Positions 50,571 to 62,745 are shown, counted from the whole stretch's first letter. The stretch is 63,302 nucleotides of DNA, filler included, from Octopus bimaculoides (GCF_001194135.2; 9 parts of 9 records of this genome joined end to end with filler, not necessarily neighbours in it); one strand, 5' to 3'. Notes: generated from the letters alone by a model not told the origin. Numbers and translations: made by a program.

Positions 50571-50602
<32 letters not shown>

Positions 50603-50666
50603 ATCATGATTGTCATCATCATTATCATCATCATCATCATCATCACTATTGTCATCATTATAATTG

Positions 50667-50960
50667 TGAAGGCATGTGGCCTAATGGTTAAGGTGTTGCA
50701 TCTACAATTGCTAGATCGTGGGTTTGGTTCCTGGTCTGGGAGGCACATTGTCTTCTTAATCAAAACACTTCATTTCACTTCACTCTGCAATCATTTCAAC
50801 ATCTGACGCATGACACACTTGTGTATCTGTACAGGCAATGTTGATTTGGTGGGAGGAATGAGCTAGTGTACACCACATACATTAGATCACGATACACAAA
50901 TGATTTGTGCAAGTCATTCAGCAAAAACTGAATGCTTGTATGACAGGAGATTCCATCATA
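50667..50960 (+). mobile_element. tRNA-headed SINE, centre Y with a third tail type
   Basis: GTGAAGGCATGTGGCCTAATGGTTAAGG...CAAAACACTTCATTTCAC. Confidence 0.55.
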
Positions 50961-50989
50961 ATCATTATTTTTATTATTTTTATTATCAT

Positions 50990-51900
50990 TATTGAGTTAG
51001 AGAGCAGTGCATGCCATCAAAGTGACACTGGGGTACAAATATATGAAGCCCAATATATCCATCATGACCACCTGTCTGATAAGGGTACATCAGACACATG
51101 CATCATAACCATATGTGCATGACATACTGATCTGATATCACGATAAACAGCACATGACCTTGTAGATGGGGCCCAGTTAGAATTTTCTTCAGGTCAAGTA
51201 GCCCATCCCACTCAAAAGGTCCCTGACTAAGGTTTGCTTAAGGATGATGAGCAAAGGTGAATTATCCAAACCCCAAAGAATTCCTCTCAACACATGGCTA
51301 TGATGCTCCCCCACTACTTCTACTCGTGATCAGAGATGCACATATCATCAGCCACTAAGGGACATGCTCAAATGGTTAAGGTCAAGCAACTGGCAAGCAA
51401 ATTGAGCAGAATATTTGCTGTAGCCCATCTTTTATACCAAGATAAAACATTGTTGTTGGCACTCTGTCGCTTACGATGTCGAGGGTTCCATTTGATCCGA
51501 TCAATGGAACAGCCTGCTCGTGAAATTAACGTGCAAGTGGCTGAGCACTCCACAGACACGTGCACTCTTAACGTAGTTCTCGGGGATATTCAGCGTAACA
51601 CAGTGTGACAAGGCTGACCCTTTGAATTACCGGCACAACAGAAACAGGAAGTAAGAGTGAGAGAAAGTTGTGGTGGAAGAATACAGCAGGGTTCACCACC
51701 ATCCCCTGCCGGAGCTTTAGGTGTTTTTGCTCAATAAACACTCACAACGCCCGGTCTGGGAATCGAAACCGCAATCCTATGACCGCGAGTCCGCTGCCCT
51801 AACCACTGGGCCATTGCGCCTCCACCAAGACAAAACAATGCACATGATAACTCTTCCAATCAGTTAAGATCAGAAGCCATGAGAACCACTGCTTGGTAGT
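50990..51900 (-). mobile_element. Interspersed repeat family F (class not determined), interrupted by a younger SINE
   Basis: Reverse complement of 54343-54805; continues after 51825. Confidence 0.7.
51451..51825 (-). mobile_element. Full-length young tRNA-headed SINE (centre X + tail P) with a TSD of about 16 bp
   Basis: Flanks CCAAGATAAAACATTG and CCAAGACAAAACAATG; A/B boxes; (AAC)n tail. Confidence 0.9.
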
Positions 51901-52323
51901 GACAGGAGTAGTATTATTTCAATATAGCGTTCTGTATTTCCTACTTAACACATATATACTTTTGAAAACTTGGAAAGTGGGGTGTTTGTCTCAAGAAAGC
52001 ATCTCATATATACATATAATGTTTAAAGCAGTAACAGACAAAATGTGTCAAGCTGTGTGAAATTGCTAAATATGTATTTCTGCTTCTTGAGCATCTTCAG
52101 TGGCAAGCATTCGCAGCAACTGTATGATAAGGTATATTTAACTTTCACTGATAGAGAAAAACACTGATGTTGCAATTAGCCAGCAAGCTGAATAACAATT
52201 TACTATTAGTGAGGAAAGCAATATTAGTTTAATTCACCTATACTGTAAAAAGCCTTTAAATTGTGGTAGTCTTCTTGAGAAATCATGCATACACACATGC
52301 ACATATATACATATACATATATC

Positions 52324-52355
<32 letters not shown>

Positions 52356-52399
52356 TTGACATCCATTTTTACATGCCTGCATGAGTCACATTGAATTTG

Positions 52400-52960
52400 T
52401 TGAGGCCACCTACCCTTATCTGTTTCTATTTCTTCATGGCAATCAGCAGTGAGGTGGTTCTTGTAATGACAAGTGTAACAACTATGTTTTTGCTCTGTAT
52501 CATTAATCTCATGCAAGTTTGTCCCACTACCTTCTGCTGGTCACAGTTCTGGTATGAGTTTGTGGCTTTGGGGAGTCGTTACAACTTACGAATCTATTTT
52601 GATTCTCCCTGACAATATGATGTCTTTTGTTAGCCTTACTTTATCTGCAATACAACAGTGACAATGGATCTACATTGTTTCCAATGCCTCTTATCACCAA
52701 TTTAGTAGTTTTTTTATCCATGTACTGGGGTACAAATAGATGGATGGAAATGTCTGACAATTTCAGGCTGTGTTTTGGTTGAGTTTTTAGTTTTGAAGGT
52801 ACAATAGAGAATTGTCTTTTGCCTTTTTCAGTTGAAAGGATTTCTCCTTAGATGTTCTGAAGGGCTTGTACATTTTTCATGAATGTAGGTTTGATCCACT
52901 TTGATTCTTTCAGAAGTAGAGGTATATAATTTCTCTTTTTACTTTCCTCTAGATTAATTC
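52400..52960 (-). mobile_element. Degenerate retroelement gag/ORF1 relic with CCHC zinc knuckle (probably L1/Tx1 ORF1)
   Basis: One frame reads ...ADKVRLTKDIILSGRIKIDS*VVTTPQSHKLIPEL*...KHSCYTCHYKNHLTADC; C-x2-C-x4-H-x4-C at 52439-52480. Confidence 0.6.
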
Positions 52961-53254
52961 CTATGGCAAAGAAATGCTGTTTGGTTTCACAAAATTCTCT
53001 CAAATGCATTTTTAAAATTGTGATAAGTTCAAAAATTTTAGTTGTTCAGGTATGTTTAGAGAGGGTTTATTTTGACACAACTATATATAAGTGGGTTATT
53101 GCATTTAACCACTGATGTTGTTACTATTGCTATCTTTTGAACAGTCTATTTGAGTGTTTGGGATATTTTTTTATTAATTAATTATTCACTAAACATTCAT
53201 TTTATCCTTTATTCAGTTGTGTGTTATGATTTTGTGTTTATTGTTCCTTTTGTT

Positions 53255-54160
53255 AACTATTAGTGTTCACTCATATGACTGAGACTGATCCTTAAGTCAA
53301 AATTAAATGAACGGAATAAGATCAAAGCTCTCAACACCTGGGTGGTTTCACTCCTTAGATATAGAGCAGAAGTAATTGCATGGACAGTAGATGAACTAAA
53401 CAGCTTAGACAGAAAGACAAGGAAGTTTCTGACTAGATATGGGATACTCCATCCAAAAAGTGACACAGACAGACTGTATGTATCAAGAAAAAGAAGGGGA
53501 AGAAGACCGATTGGATGTGAACACGGCATTAGAGCAGAAGAAAACAACACAGCATAGTATATAAAAAATGCCACAGAACCACTATTATTGGAAGTAAGAA
53601 GGTCAAGCTTATGTAGGATAGAAGATTGCAAAGATGAAGCATTGTACAGGCACTTGGGAATGAATGAAACTGAAAATAGGTAGATAAAGAAAAGAACGCA
53701 TGGAAATTTCATAGGGATGTTGAAGATAAGACAGACAGAGAAAAAAGATGGCTATGGATGACTACGATGCTGGACCATAGACATAGCATGTCCAACTGGC
53801 AATAAAGTATGCGATAGGGAAGAAAGAAAGTCGATAGATATAACAGGTTAGCTTGAGAGGTTAAGCAGTTGTGGTTGCTGAAAAAGGTGGTTGTAGTTCC
53901 AATAATTGTCAGAGCACTGGGAACAGTGAGTAAAAATCTTGAGAAGTACATGGAACAAATAGGAGCTGCAATAAGGGTGGAGCACTTGAAGAAAAGAGCG
54001 CTGCTTGGAACTGCTTGAATACTCTGGATGGTGCTCAAAAAATAAAGGGTGTCAACTTAGTTCACTGGTAGTGAACAGCTGACACAATAGCACATCTCTG
54101 GCATTAGAAGTTGTGCAAAGACAATCTAATAATAATAATAATGATAATGATAATAATAAT
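53255..54160 (+). mobile_element. R4/Dong-clade LINE 3' part (RT thumb plus endonuclease, internally deleted) with (TAA)n tail
   Basis: NKIKALNTW...LDRKTRKFLT...LHPKSDTDRLYVSRK.RGR; VVVVPIIVRALGTVSKNLEKY...ALLGTA*IL. Confidence 0.85.
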
Positions 54161-54340
54161 CCTTTCTACAATAGGCACAAGGCCTGAAATTTGTGGGGAG
54201 GGACTAGTCGATTACATTGACCCCAGTACTTAATTTATTGACCGTGAAAGTGATGAAAGGTAAAGTTGACCTCAGCAGAATTTGAACTCAGAACATAGCA
54301 GCAGACGAAATACTGCTAAGCATTTTGCCTGGCATGCTAA
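54160..54340 (-). mobile_element. Family C SINE, CpG-decayed
   Basis: AAAGTTGACCTCAGCAGAATTTGAACTCAGAACATAGCAGCAG. Confidence 0.75.
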
Positions 54341-54342
54341 TG

Positions 54343-54805
54343 GGCTACAGCAAATATTCTGCTCAATACCACAGATTTGCTTGTCAGCTGCTTGACTTTA
54401 ACCAGTTGAGCATGTCCCTTAGTGGGCTAACAATATGTGCATCTCTGGTCATGAGCAGAAGTAGTGGGGAAACATCATAGCCATGTGTTGAGAGGAATTC
54501 TTTGGGGTTTGAATAATTCACCTCTGGAAACATGGGTGTTTTATTCATCATCCTTAAAACAAACCTTATTCAGGGACCTTTTGAGCAGGATGGGCAATTC
54601 GGACTGAAGAAAATTCTAACTGGGCCCAGCTGACAAGGTCATGTGCTGTTTATCTTGATATGAGATCACCATGTTGCACACATACGTTTATGATGCATGT
54701 GTCTGGTGTACCCTTATCAGACAGGTAGTCATGATGGGTATATTGGGATTCGTATATTTGTACCCCAGTTTCACTTTGATGGCATGCACTGCTCTCTCAC
54801 TCAAT
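54343..54805 (+). mobile_element. Interspersed repeat family F
   Basis: Inverse of 50990-51448; tail also at about 41415-41500. Confidence 0.7.
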
Positions 54806-55369
54806 AATAATAATGATAATACCTTCTACTATAGGCACAAGGCTTGAAATTATATTGACCCCAAAAGGATGAAAGGCAAAGTCGACCTTGGCATAATTTG
54901 AATTCAGAACACAAAACTGGAAGAAATGCAGCTAAGTATTTGTTTGGCATGGTGATGATTCAGCAAGTTTGCTGCCTTCACTGTGGTAGCCAGTGTTTCT
55001 GAAATGGCTTACATCATCTGTTTAATATGGCTCTTTATAAAACTGCTTTCAGATATTGGATCTACCATAAAAATTGTCTAACTACAACTTGAAAAGGAGA
55101 TACTAAAAAATTATGACTATCTCTCCATTGTTGGAAATAATCTTACACTTATCATTTTACTGTATCCTACACTTGTCATTTCAGTACTTGTCTTACAGAT
55201 AAAATACTTTTAAAATCTTTATATTAAAATATACCCTATCCTGCATCATGTCTTTTTAGCCAATGAAAATAAGTGCAGATATATACAATTATCCTGAATT
55301 ATCCTTCAAATTGCACAAAGTTATTTAAATATACTAAATTTTCTGGTTTAACTGTTGTAAATAAAGATG

Positions 55370-55523
55370 TAGGGATGGCTGAGTCAGTTAGACGTACATT
55401 TCATAACCATGTGATTTCCGATTCAGTCCTGTGGTATGGCGTCTTTGGCAAGTGCTTTTTCCTGTAACCCAAGTCAATTAAGCTTCGTAAGTGGATTTGG
55501 TAGATGGAAACTGAAAGAAGACT
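55370..55523 (+). mobile_element. Family D SINE head, truncated before the (TG)n
   Basis: TTGGCAAGTGCTT...GTGGATTTGGTAGATGGAAACTGAAAGAAGAC. Confidence 0.6.
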
Positions 55524-55832
55524 AATATAGTTCTATATTTAAGAGGTGAGGAATTATGTGCATTATTTACATTTGAGGGATATTTGTCCTCATCTTGTTT
55601 GTTGTTAACACAACGTTTCGGCTGATGTACCCTTCAACCTTCATCAGGTGTTTTGGGGAAGTTTCAAACCTGGGTTCTCATTCCTAAGGTTACATCGAAA
55701 ATACCTTAGGAATGAGAACCCAGGTTCAAAATTTCCCCCAAGACACCTGATGAAGGTTGGAGGATATATCAGCTGAAATGTGTTAACAACAGACAAGATG
55801 AGGACAAATATCTGTCAAATGAAAATAATGTA
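55524..55832. mobile_element. Fold-back element of two inverted Penelope-like terminal repeats, flanked by 12-bp direct repeats
   Basis: Arms 55559-55690 and 55703-55832, 12-nt spacer; TGAAAGAAGACT at 55512-55523 and 55833-55844. Confidence 0.8.
55607..55652 (-). ncRNA. Minimal type I hammerhead ribozyme motif, intact
   Basis: Minus strand: AACAC-CTGATGA-A-GGTTGA-AGGGTACA-TCAGCC-GAA-ACGT-T-GTGTT (5-bp stem I, 6-bp stem II, palindromic ACGU). Confidence 0.75.
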
Positions 55833-55844
55833 TGAAAGAAGACT

Positions 55845-56005
55845 GTCTTTTTTAGTTTCCATTTACTGAATCTACTCACAAGGCTTTTGTTAATCCAGGC
55901 CTATGGTAGAAGACATTTGCCAAGATGCTGTACACTTGGTCTGAACTGGAAGCTACATGCATGGGAAACAAACTCCTTAACCAAACAGCCATAATCAAGC
56001 TTATG
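55845..56005 (-). mobile_element. Family D SINE head, truncated at the same point as 55370-55523
   Basis: GTCTTTTTTAGTTTCCATTTACTGAATCTACTCACAAGGC...GAAGACATTTGCCAAG. Confidence 0.6.
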
Positions 56006-56044
56006 AGGTGTATGTGTGTGTGTGTGTATATATATATATATGTA

Positions 56045-56095
<51 letters not shown>

Positions 56096-57298
56096 CTATA
56101 TATTATCATCATTATCAGTTATTTGCGGAGTCGTAGATAATGTATATATGCATATATCCATACATATATGTAGACAAACGCATGCGACATATTATGCCCA
56201 ACTAGGGACTATGTGTGACTCAGTGATAATAAAAAGACTGAAAGGAGGTCTGCAGCGAAATAATTTTACTCAACACTTTGCAAGTGAATCAGTGGAGGCA
56301 AAGATGCGTTTCATTTACTTGACAATTTATGCACCACATTGCAGAAATCACAATGTAAGTATATCTGAAAGGATAGTCTTACACTGTTGTACTATTGAAT
56401 TACAAATAATGCTTATCTGTTATGTTCGGGTGACCCTATAGGTTCCAATAGTACAACTGTATTCGTCTTTGCTTAGGAAAAATGACTAAATTGCGGGTGT
56501 GAAGTCCCCATGAAGGGGTCTTTGTAATTTCTAAGAAGAAATTTTAGAAATATTACNNNNNNNNNNNNNNNNNNNNNNNNNNNNNNNNNNNNNNNNNNNN
56601 NNNNNNNNNNNNNNNNNNNNNNNNNNNNNNNNNNNNNNNNNNNNNNNNNNNNNNNNNNNNNNNNNNNNNNNNNNNNNNNNNNNNNNNNNNNNNNNNNNNN
56701 NNNNNNNNNNNNNNNNNNNNNNNNNNNNNNNNNNNNNNNNNNNNNNNNNNNNNNNNNNNNNNNNNNNNNNNNNNNNNNNNNNNNNNNNNNNNNNNNNNNN
56801 NNNNNNNNNNNNNNNNNNNNNNNNNNNNNNNNNNNNNNNNNNNNNNNNNNNNNNNNNNNNNNNNNNNNNNNNNNNNNNNNNNNNNNNNNNNNNNNNNNNN
56901 NNNNNNNNNNNNNNNNNNNNNNNNNNNNNNNNNNNNNNNNNNNNNNNNNNNNNNNNNNNNNNNNNNNNNNNNNNNNNNNNNNNNNNNNNNNNNNNNNNNN
57001 NNNNNNNNNNNNNNNNNNNNNNNNNNNNNNNNNNNNNNNNNNNNNNNNNNNNNNNNNNNNNNNNNNNNNNNNNNNNNNNNNNNNNNNNNNNNNAAGCTTC
57101 TTACCACACAACCACTCCTTTTTTTTGTTTTTTTTAAATTTAAGCTGAGGTTTTGATGTATTTCATTTGGAAGTGTAGTATGAGTATGCTTATATGGCTG
57201 TGTGTTTTATTGTGTATGCGTGAGCGTGTGTGTGTGTGTGTGTGTGTTGGTGTGGGCGCATTTGAGTGGGAAGGAAGGAGTAGTGGTCATAGTGTGTT

Positions 57299-57341
<43 letters not shown>

Positions 57342-57649
57342 GTTCCTCTGTAAGTTAATATAGTTAATGATGTTTGTGGGTGAATGTGAGTTTATTGCAT
57401 GTTTGAGTGTCTCTTTGTTTGGAATTTAGTAGGGTTGGAAGGGGTGGCGAATAGGATAATAATGAAAATGAGTAATTAATTGAAAAGTGATCCATTAAAA
57501 TGCATACACGCTGATAGCTGCACCTGTTTTATAGCCCACATAAGTGCCTTTATGTCCTTGTATTGTATGTGTTTCCTGTACATATAAGAATTCCTAGCCA
57601 ATTATTTTAAATGTGTGCACACACACACACGCTTCTGTATATTCTTTTG

Positions 57650-57870
57650 TTCTTTTACTTGTTTCAGTCATTTGATTGTGGCTATGCTGGAGCATCACCT
57701 TAAAGGGTTTTAGTCAAAGAAATTGCCCCCCAGGACTTATTCTTAGTAAGCCTAGTACTTATTCTATCAGTCTTCTTTGCCAAACTGTGAAGTTACTGGG
57801 ACATAAACACACCAGCATTAGTTTTCAAGTGATGGAGGGAGGGGACAAACACAGACAGACACACACACAC
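57650..57870 (-). mobile_element. Family D SINE 3' half
   Basis: TTCTTTTACTTGTTTCAGTCATTTGA...GCTGGAGCA...GCCTAGTACTTATTCTATC. Confidence 0.7.
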
Positions 57871-58794
57871 ACATATACATATATACATATATATATATAT
57901 ATANNNNNNNNNNNNNNNNNNNNNNNNNNNNNNNNNNNNNNNNNNNNNNNNNNNNNNNNNNNNNNNNNNNNNNNNNNNNNNNNNNNNNNNNNNNNNNNNN
58001 NNNNNNNNNNNNNNNNNNNNNNNNNNNNNNNNNNNNNNNNNNNNNNNNNNNNNNNNNNNNNNNNNNNNNNNNNNNNNNNNNNNNNNNNNNNNNNNNNNNN
58101 NNNNNNNNNNNNNNNNNNNNNNNNNNNNNNNNNNNNNNNNNNNNNNNNNNNNNNNNNNNNNNNNNNNNNNNNNNNNNNNNNNNNNNNNNNNNNNNNNNNN
58201 NNNNNNNNNNNNNNNNNNNNNNNNNNNNNNNNNNNNNNNNNNNNNNNNNNNNNNNNNNNNNNNNNNNNNNNNNNNNNNNNNNNNNNNNNNNNNNNNNNNN
58301 NNNNNNNNNNNNNNNNNNNNNNNNNNNNNNNNNNNNNNNNNNNNNNNNNNNNNNNNNNNNNNNNNNNNNNNNNNNNNNNNNNNNNNNNNNNNNNNNNNNN
58401 NNNNNNNNNNNNNNNNNNNNNNNNNNNNNNNNNNNNNNNNNNNNNNNNNNNNNNNNNNNNNNNNNNNNNNNNNNNNNNNNNNNNNNNNNNNNNNNNNNNN
58501 NNNNNNNNNNNNNNNNNNNNNNNNNNNNNNNNNNNNNNNNNNNNNNNNNNNNNNNNNNNNNNNNNNNNNNNNNNNNNNNNNNNNNNNNNNNNNNNNNNNN
58601 NNNNNNNNNNNNNNNNNNNNNNNNNNNNNNNNNNNNNNNNNNNNNNNNNNNNNNNNNNNNNNNNNNNNNNNNNNNNNNNNNNNNNNNNNNNNNNNNNNNN
58701 NNNNNNNNNNNNNNNNNNNNNNNNNNNNNNNNNNNNNNNNNNNNNNNNNNNNNNNNNNNNNNNNNNNNNNNNNNNNNNNNNNNNNNNNNNNNNN

Positions 58795-59138
58795 GAGGGC
58801 AGTCGATGGAAGAGAGGTACGCTGTGAATGCATTACTGACGTGCAGATTGAGGTGCAGGGAGCAAAGCTAACGCTGCAAGCAATAGTAGTTGGCCGCTTG
58901 GTGGATGAGATTGACGTGGTGTTGGGGATGGACGCCATCAACCGTCTTGGTGGCGTTAGGACTGCAGGAGATGAGGTCACGTTCGGAAGTGCGGGGGCAT
59001 CGTGCGCCTTGAGTCGGGACCACCAGGGAGAGCAGAGCCCCGTCGAGGACAGCGCCGCTTACACCATCGAAGACAAAGATTTTCAGGCGGCGTTTGATGG
59101 TCGGAGGTGGACGATAGAGTGGCGATGGAAGGACGAGC
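58795..59138 (+). mobile_element. Ty3/Gypsy LTR-retrotransposon pol fragment (protease C-terminus and linker) between two gaps
   Basis: Open frame RAVDGREVRCE...DVVLGMDAINRLGGV...IEDKDFQAAFDGRRWTIEWRWK; high GC and CpG; D..LG.D retropepsin C-terminal motif. Confidence 0.7.
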
Positions 59139-59440
59139 NNNNNNNNNNNNNNNNNNNNNNNNNNNNNNNNNNNNNNNNNNNNTTAATTAATTAANNNNNN
59201 NNNNNNNNNNNNNNNNNNNNNNNNNNNNNNNNNNNNNNTATATATATATGTATTTATCTCTCTCTCTCTCTCTCCCTCACTCCCCATATGCTAATTCTCG
59301 CTCTTCTGATCGATGACCTCATTTCACATAAACGACCAGCAACTATGTAGATGTAACATGAACAACAACAACGCTGAACAAAAGACAGCTAGTGATGGGC
59401 AAGCTTAGGTGTCTGGGTGGTGCATGCATGTGTATGGGTA

Positions 59441-59471
<31 letters not shown>

Positions 59472-59560
59472 TTGTGTGATTGCATTTAATTAGTTTCACG
59501 TGAGGCTATTATAAATATCTCTCGTTTGTTTTTTTTAATCCAGTCCACCCCTTTGTATGT

Positions 59561-59613
<53 letters not shown>

Positions 59614-60481
59614 TGTGTGTATGTGTGTATTATATATATATGTATGTATATATAGTGTGTGTGTGTGTGTGGACTCGTCTCAACCCCCACCCCACCATCT
59701 CGTGATTAAGAGGTTTTCTGCACATAAGCTGCAACCACACACACTCACACACACACACACAAACGCATACACATGCACACACAACCACATAAGTGTACAC
59801 ATACAGACAAACACACACAAACGCACGCTCACACACACATAAGTGTACACATATAGATAACCACACACAAACGCATACACATGCACACACACACACACAC
59901 ACACACAGCCATACGTGATGTTTTTTTTTATTTTATGTTTTCATTTTTTTCTTTTGTTAGTGAGATTTGTCATTGAAAGGTGATAAACAGAGGTGTTATC
60001 TCGTGTGTGTGTGTACTCTAACGTGGCTGGTGTTGGTCTGCACTCAGATTTGCTGTACTCTTCTCGTCAATTTTGTGTCTGCATGTATGTATGTATGTAT
60101 GTATGTATGTGTGTGTATGTATGTATGTACATATATGTATACACACGCAGGAATTTCATCCCATGCTAGCATTAAACTCACAATAACACACACATGTGCA
60201 CACACGTGCATACACACATACGCACACGCATATAAGCTTGTATACACATTAATGGATGCAAGCAGCAATTGAGCATTATACTGGAAGATTACTCAATACA
60301 TTTTAGCTGAGTACATATTTATTGATTTTCTAGGAAAATGGTTGATTGTGACTTCGAAGTTTTGGCTTAGGAGTGAATTTTGGTAGACAAAAACTGAAAG
60401 AACTCTGATCTGGCAAGATTTCTACAGCTGGATGTCCTTCCTAATGCCAGCCACTCCGAGAGTGTAGTGGGGTTTTTTTTA

Positions 60482-60528
<47 letters not shown>

Positions 60529-61451
60529 NNNNNNNNNNNNNNNNNNNNNNNNNNNNNNNNNNNNNNNNNNNNNNNNNNNNNNNNNNNNNNNNNNNNNNNN
60601 NNNNNNNNNNNNNNNNNNNNNNNNNNNNNNNNNNNNNNNNNNNNNNNNNNNNNNNNNNNNNNNNNNNNNNNNNNNNNNNNNNNNNNNNNNNNNNNNNNNN
60701 NNNNNNNNNNNNNNNNNNNNNNNNNNNNNNNNNNNNNNNNNNNNNNNNNNNNNNNNNNNNNNNNNNNNNNNNNNNNNNNNNNNNNNNNNNNNNNNNNNNN
60801 NNNNNNNNNNNNNNNNNNNNNNNNNNNNNNNNNNNNNNNNNNNNNNNNNNNNNNNNNNNNNNNNNNNNNNNNNNNNNNNNNNNNNNNNNNNNNNNNNNNN
60901 NNNNNNNNNNNNNNNNNNNNNNNNNNNNNNNNNNNNNNNNNNNNNNNNNNNNNNNNNNNNNNNNNNNNNNNNNNNNNNNNNNNNNNNNNNNNNNNNNNNN
61001 NNNNNNNNNNNNNNNNNNNNNNNNNNNNNNNNNNNNNNNNNNNNNNNNNNNNNNNNNNNNNNNNNNNNNNNNNNNNNNNNNNNNNNNNNNNNNNNNNNNN
61101 NNNNNNNNNNNNNNNNNNNNNNNNNNNNNNNNNNNNNNNNNNNNNNNNNNNNNNNNNNNNNNNNNNNNNNNNNNNNNNNNNNNNNNNNNNNNNNNNNNNN
61201 NNNNNNNNNNNNNNNNNNNNNNNNNNNNNNNNNNNNNNNNNNNNNNNNNNNNNNNNNNNNNNNNNNNNNNNNNNNNNNNNNNNNNNNNNNNNNNNNNNNN
61301 NNNNNNNNNNNNNNNNNNNNNNNNNNNNNNNNNNNNNNNNNNNNNNNNNNNNNNNNNNNNNNNNNNNNNNNNNNNNNNNNNNNNNNNNNNNNNNNNNNNN
61401 NNNNNNNNNNNNNNNNNNNNNNNNNNNNNNNNNNNNNNNNNNNNNNNNNNN

Positions 61452-61712
61452 AGAGAGAGATCGAGTGAGAGAGAGATCGAGTGAGAGAGAGATCGCGTGA
61501 GAGAGAGATCGAGTGAGAGAGAGATCGAGTGAGAGAGAGATCGAGAGAGAGAGAAATCGCGTGAGAGAGATCGAGTGAGAGAGAGATTGAGTGAGAGAGA
61601 GATCGCATGAGAGAGAGATCGAGTAAAAGAGAGATCGAGTGAGAGAGAGATCGAGTGAGAGAGAGATCGAGTGAAAAGAGAAAGAGAACAAGTGACAGAG
61701 AGATCGAGTGAC
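61452..61712. repeat. 16-nt minisatellite (GAGAGAGATCGAGTGA)n
   Basis: Directly visible; bounded by gaps. Confidence 0.9.
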
Positions 61713-61894
61713 ANNNNNNNNNNNNNNNNNNNNNNNNNNNNNNNNNNNNNNNNNNNNTTAATTAATTAANNNNNNNNNNNNNNNNNNNNNNNNNNNNNNN
61801 NNNNNNNNNNNNNCCGCAGGAAAAGAAAACAACAAAAAAAAAAACAATGCAAAAAAAAACATGTAAAAAAAATTAAAAAATAAAAGAAACGCGG

Positions 61895-62000
61895 AAATAG
61901 GAAACGCGTCTGTGCTTTTGTCGGTTTTCAAATGCTATTTGATCGTTCCTATTGGTCACTTTTCCTGTCACGTGCTTCCTACTTGAAATTGTCACGTGCC
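61895..62000. promoter_or_regulatory. Candidate promoter-like motif cluster
   Basis: GTCACGTG at 61967-61974 and 61991-61998, ATTGG at 61951-61955, ACGCGT at 61904-61909, in non-repetitive CpG-containing sequence. Confidence 0.25.
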
Positions 62001-62224
62001 TCCCTCTTAAGACGTATCTCATTTATATCTATTCTGCCCTTTTAATTAATTAACTATTCTATTTATTGAAGCCTTTTGTTCGCCGTATTTTGTTATTTGT
62101 GTTGCTGTTGCCATATTCTGCTGCTGTTATTGTTCTAGCTGTTTATAACATGGTGAACCTGGATTCAAATTTGAACATGGCTTTTGTTTTTGGTAAAACG
62201 CGCTTGAAAGAAAGAATGTTCCTT

Positions 62225-62546
62225 GTTTACATAAATACACACATACATATATATATACATATGCATATACGTAAATACACACACATACATACATGCATAC
62301 GTACATACATATAAACATACATATATACATACATGCATACGTATACATAAACAAATATAAACATACATATATGTATGCATATATACATACATATATATGC
62401 ATATATATATGTGTATGAATGTCTATATAGATATACATACATATATCTACATAATATATATGTGTATGCATAAATATATATATACATGTATGTACATATG
62501 TGTGTATATATATATGTGTGTGTGTATGCATACATACCTGCATACA

Positions 62547-62610
<64 letters not shown>

Positions 62611-62745
62611 TATATATATATATGTGTGTATATATATATATATATATGTGTGTGTGGGTGTGTATGTGTGTGTATACATACATGCATACATATATACATA
62701 CATATAGATATACATGAATGCATACGTACATACATATATACGTAA
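62225..62745. repeat. Compound (TA)n/(CA)n/(TACA)n microsatellite, representative of many such tracts in the window
   Basis: Directly visible. Confidence 0.95.

Noticed and set aside
52590-52644. 55-nt minus-strand exon with good CAG acceptor and GTAAGT donor (DKVRLTKDIILSGRIKIDS)
   Set aside because: The same frame continues through stops into a CCHC knuckle, so a retroelement ORF1 relic explains it better. Spliced reads would revive it.
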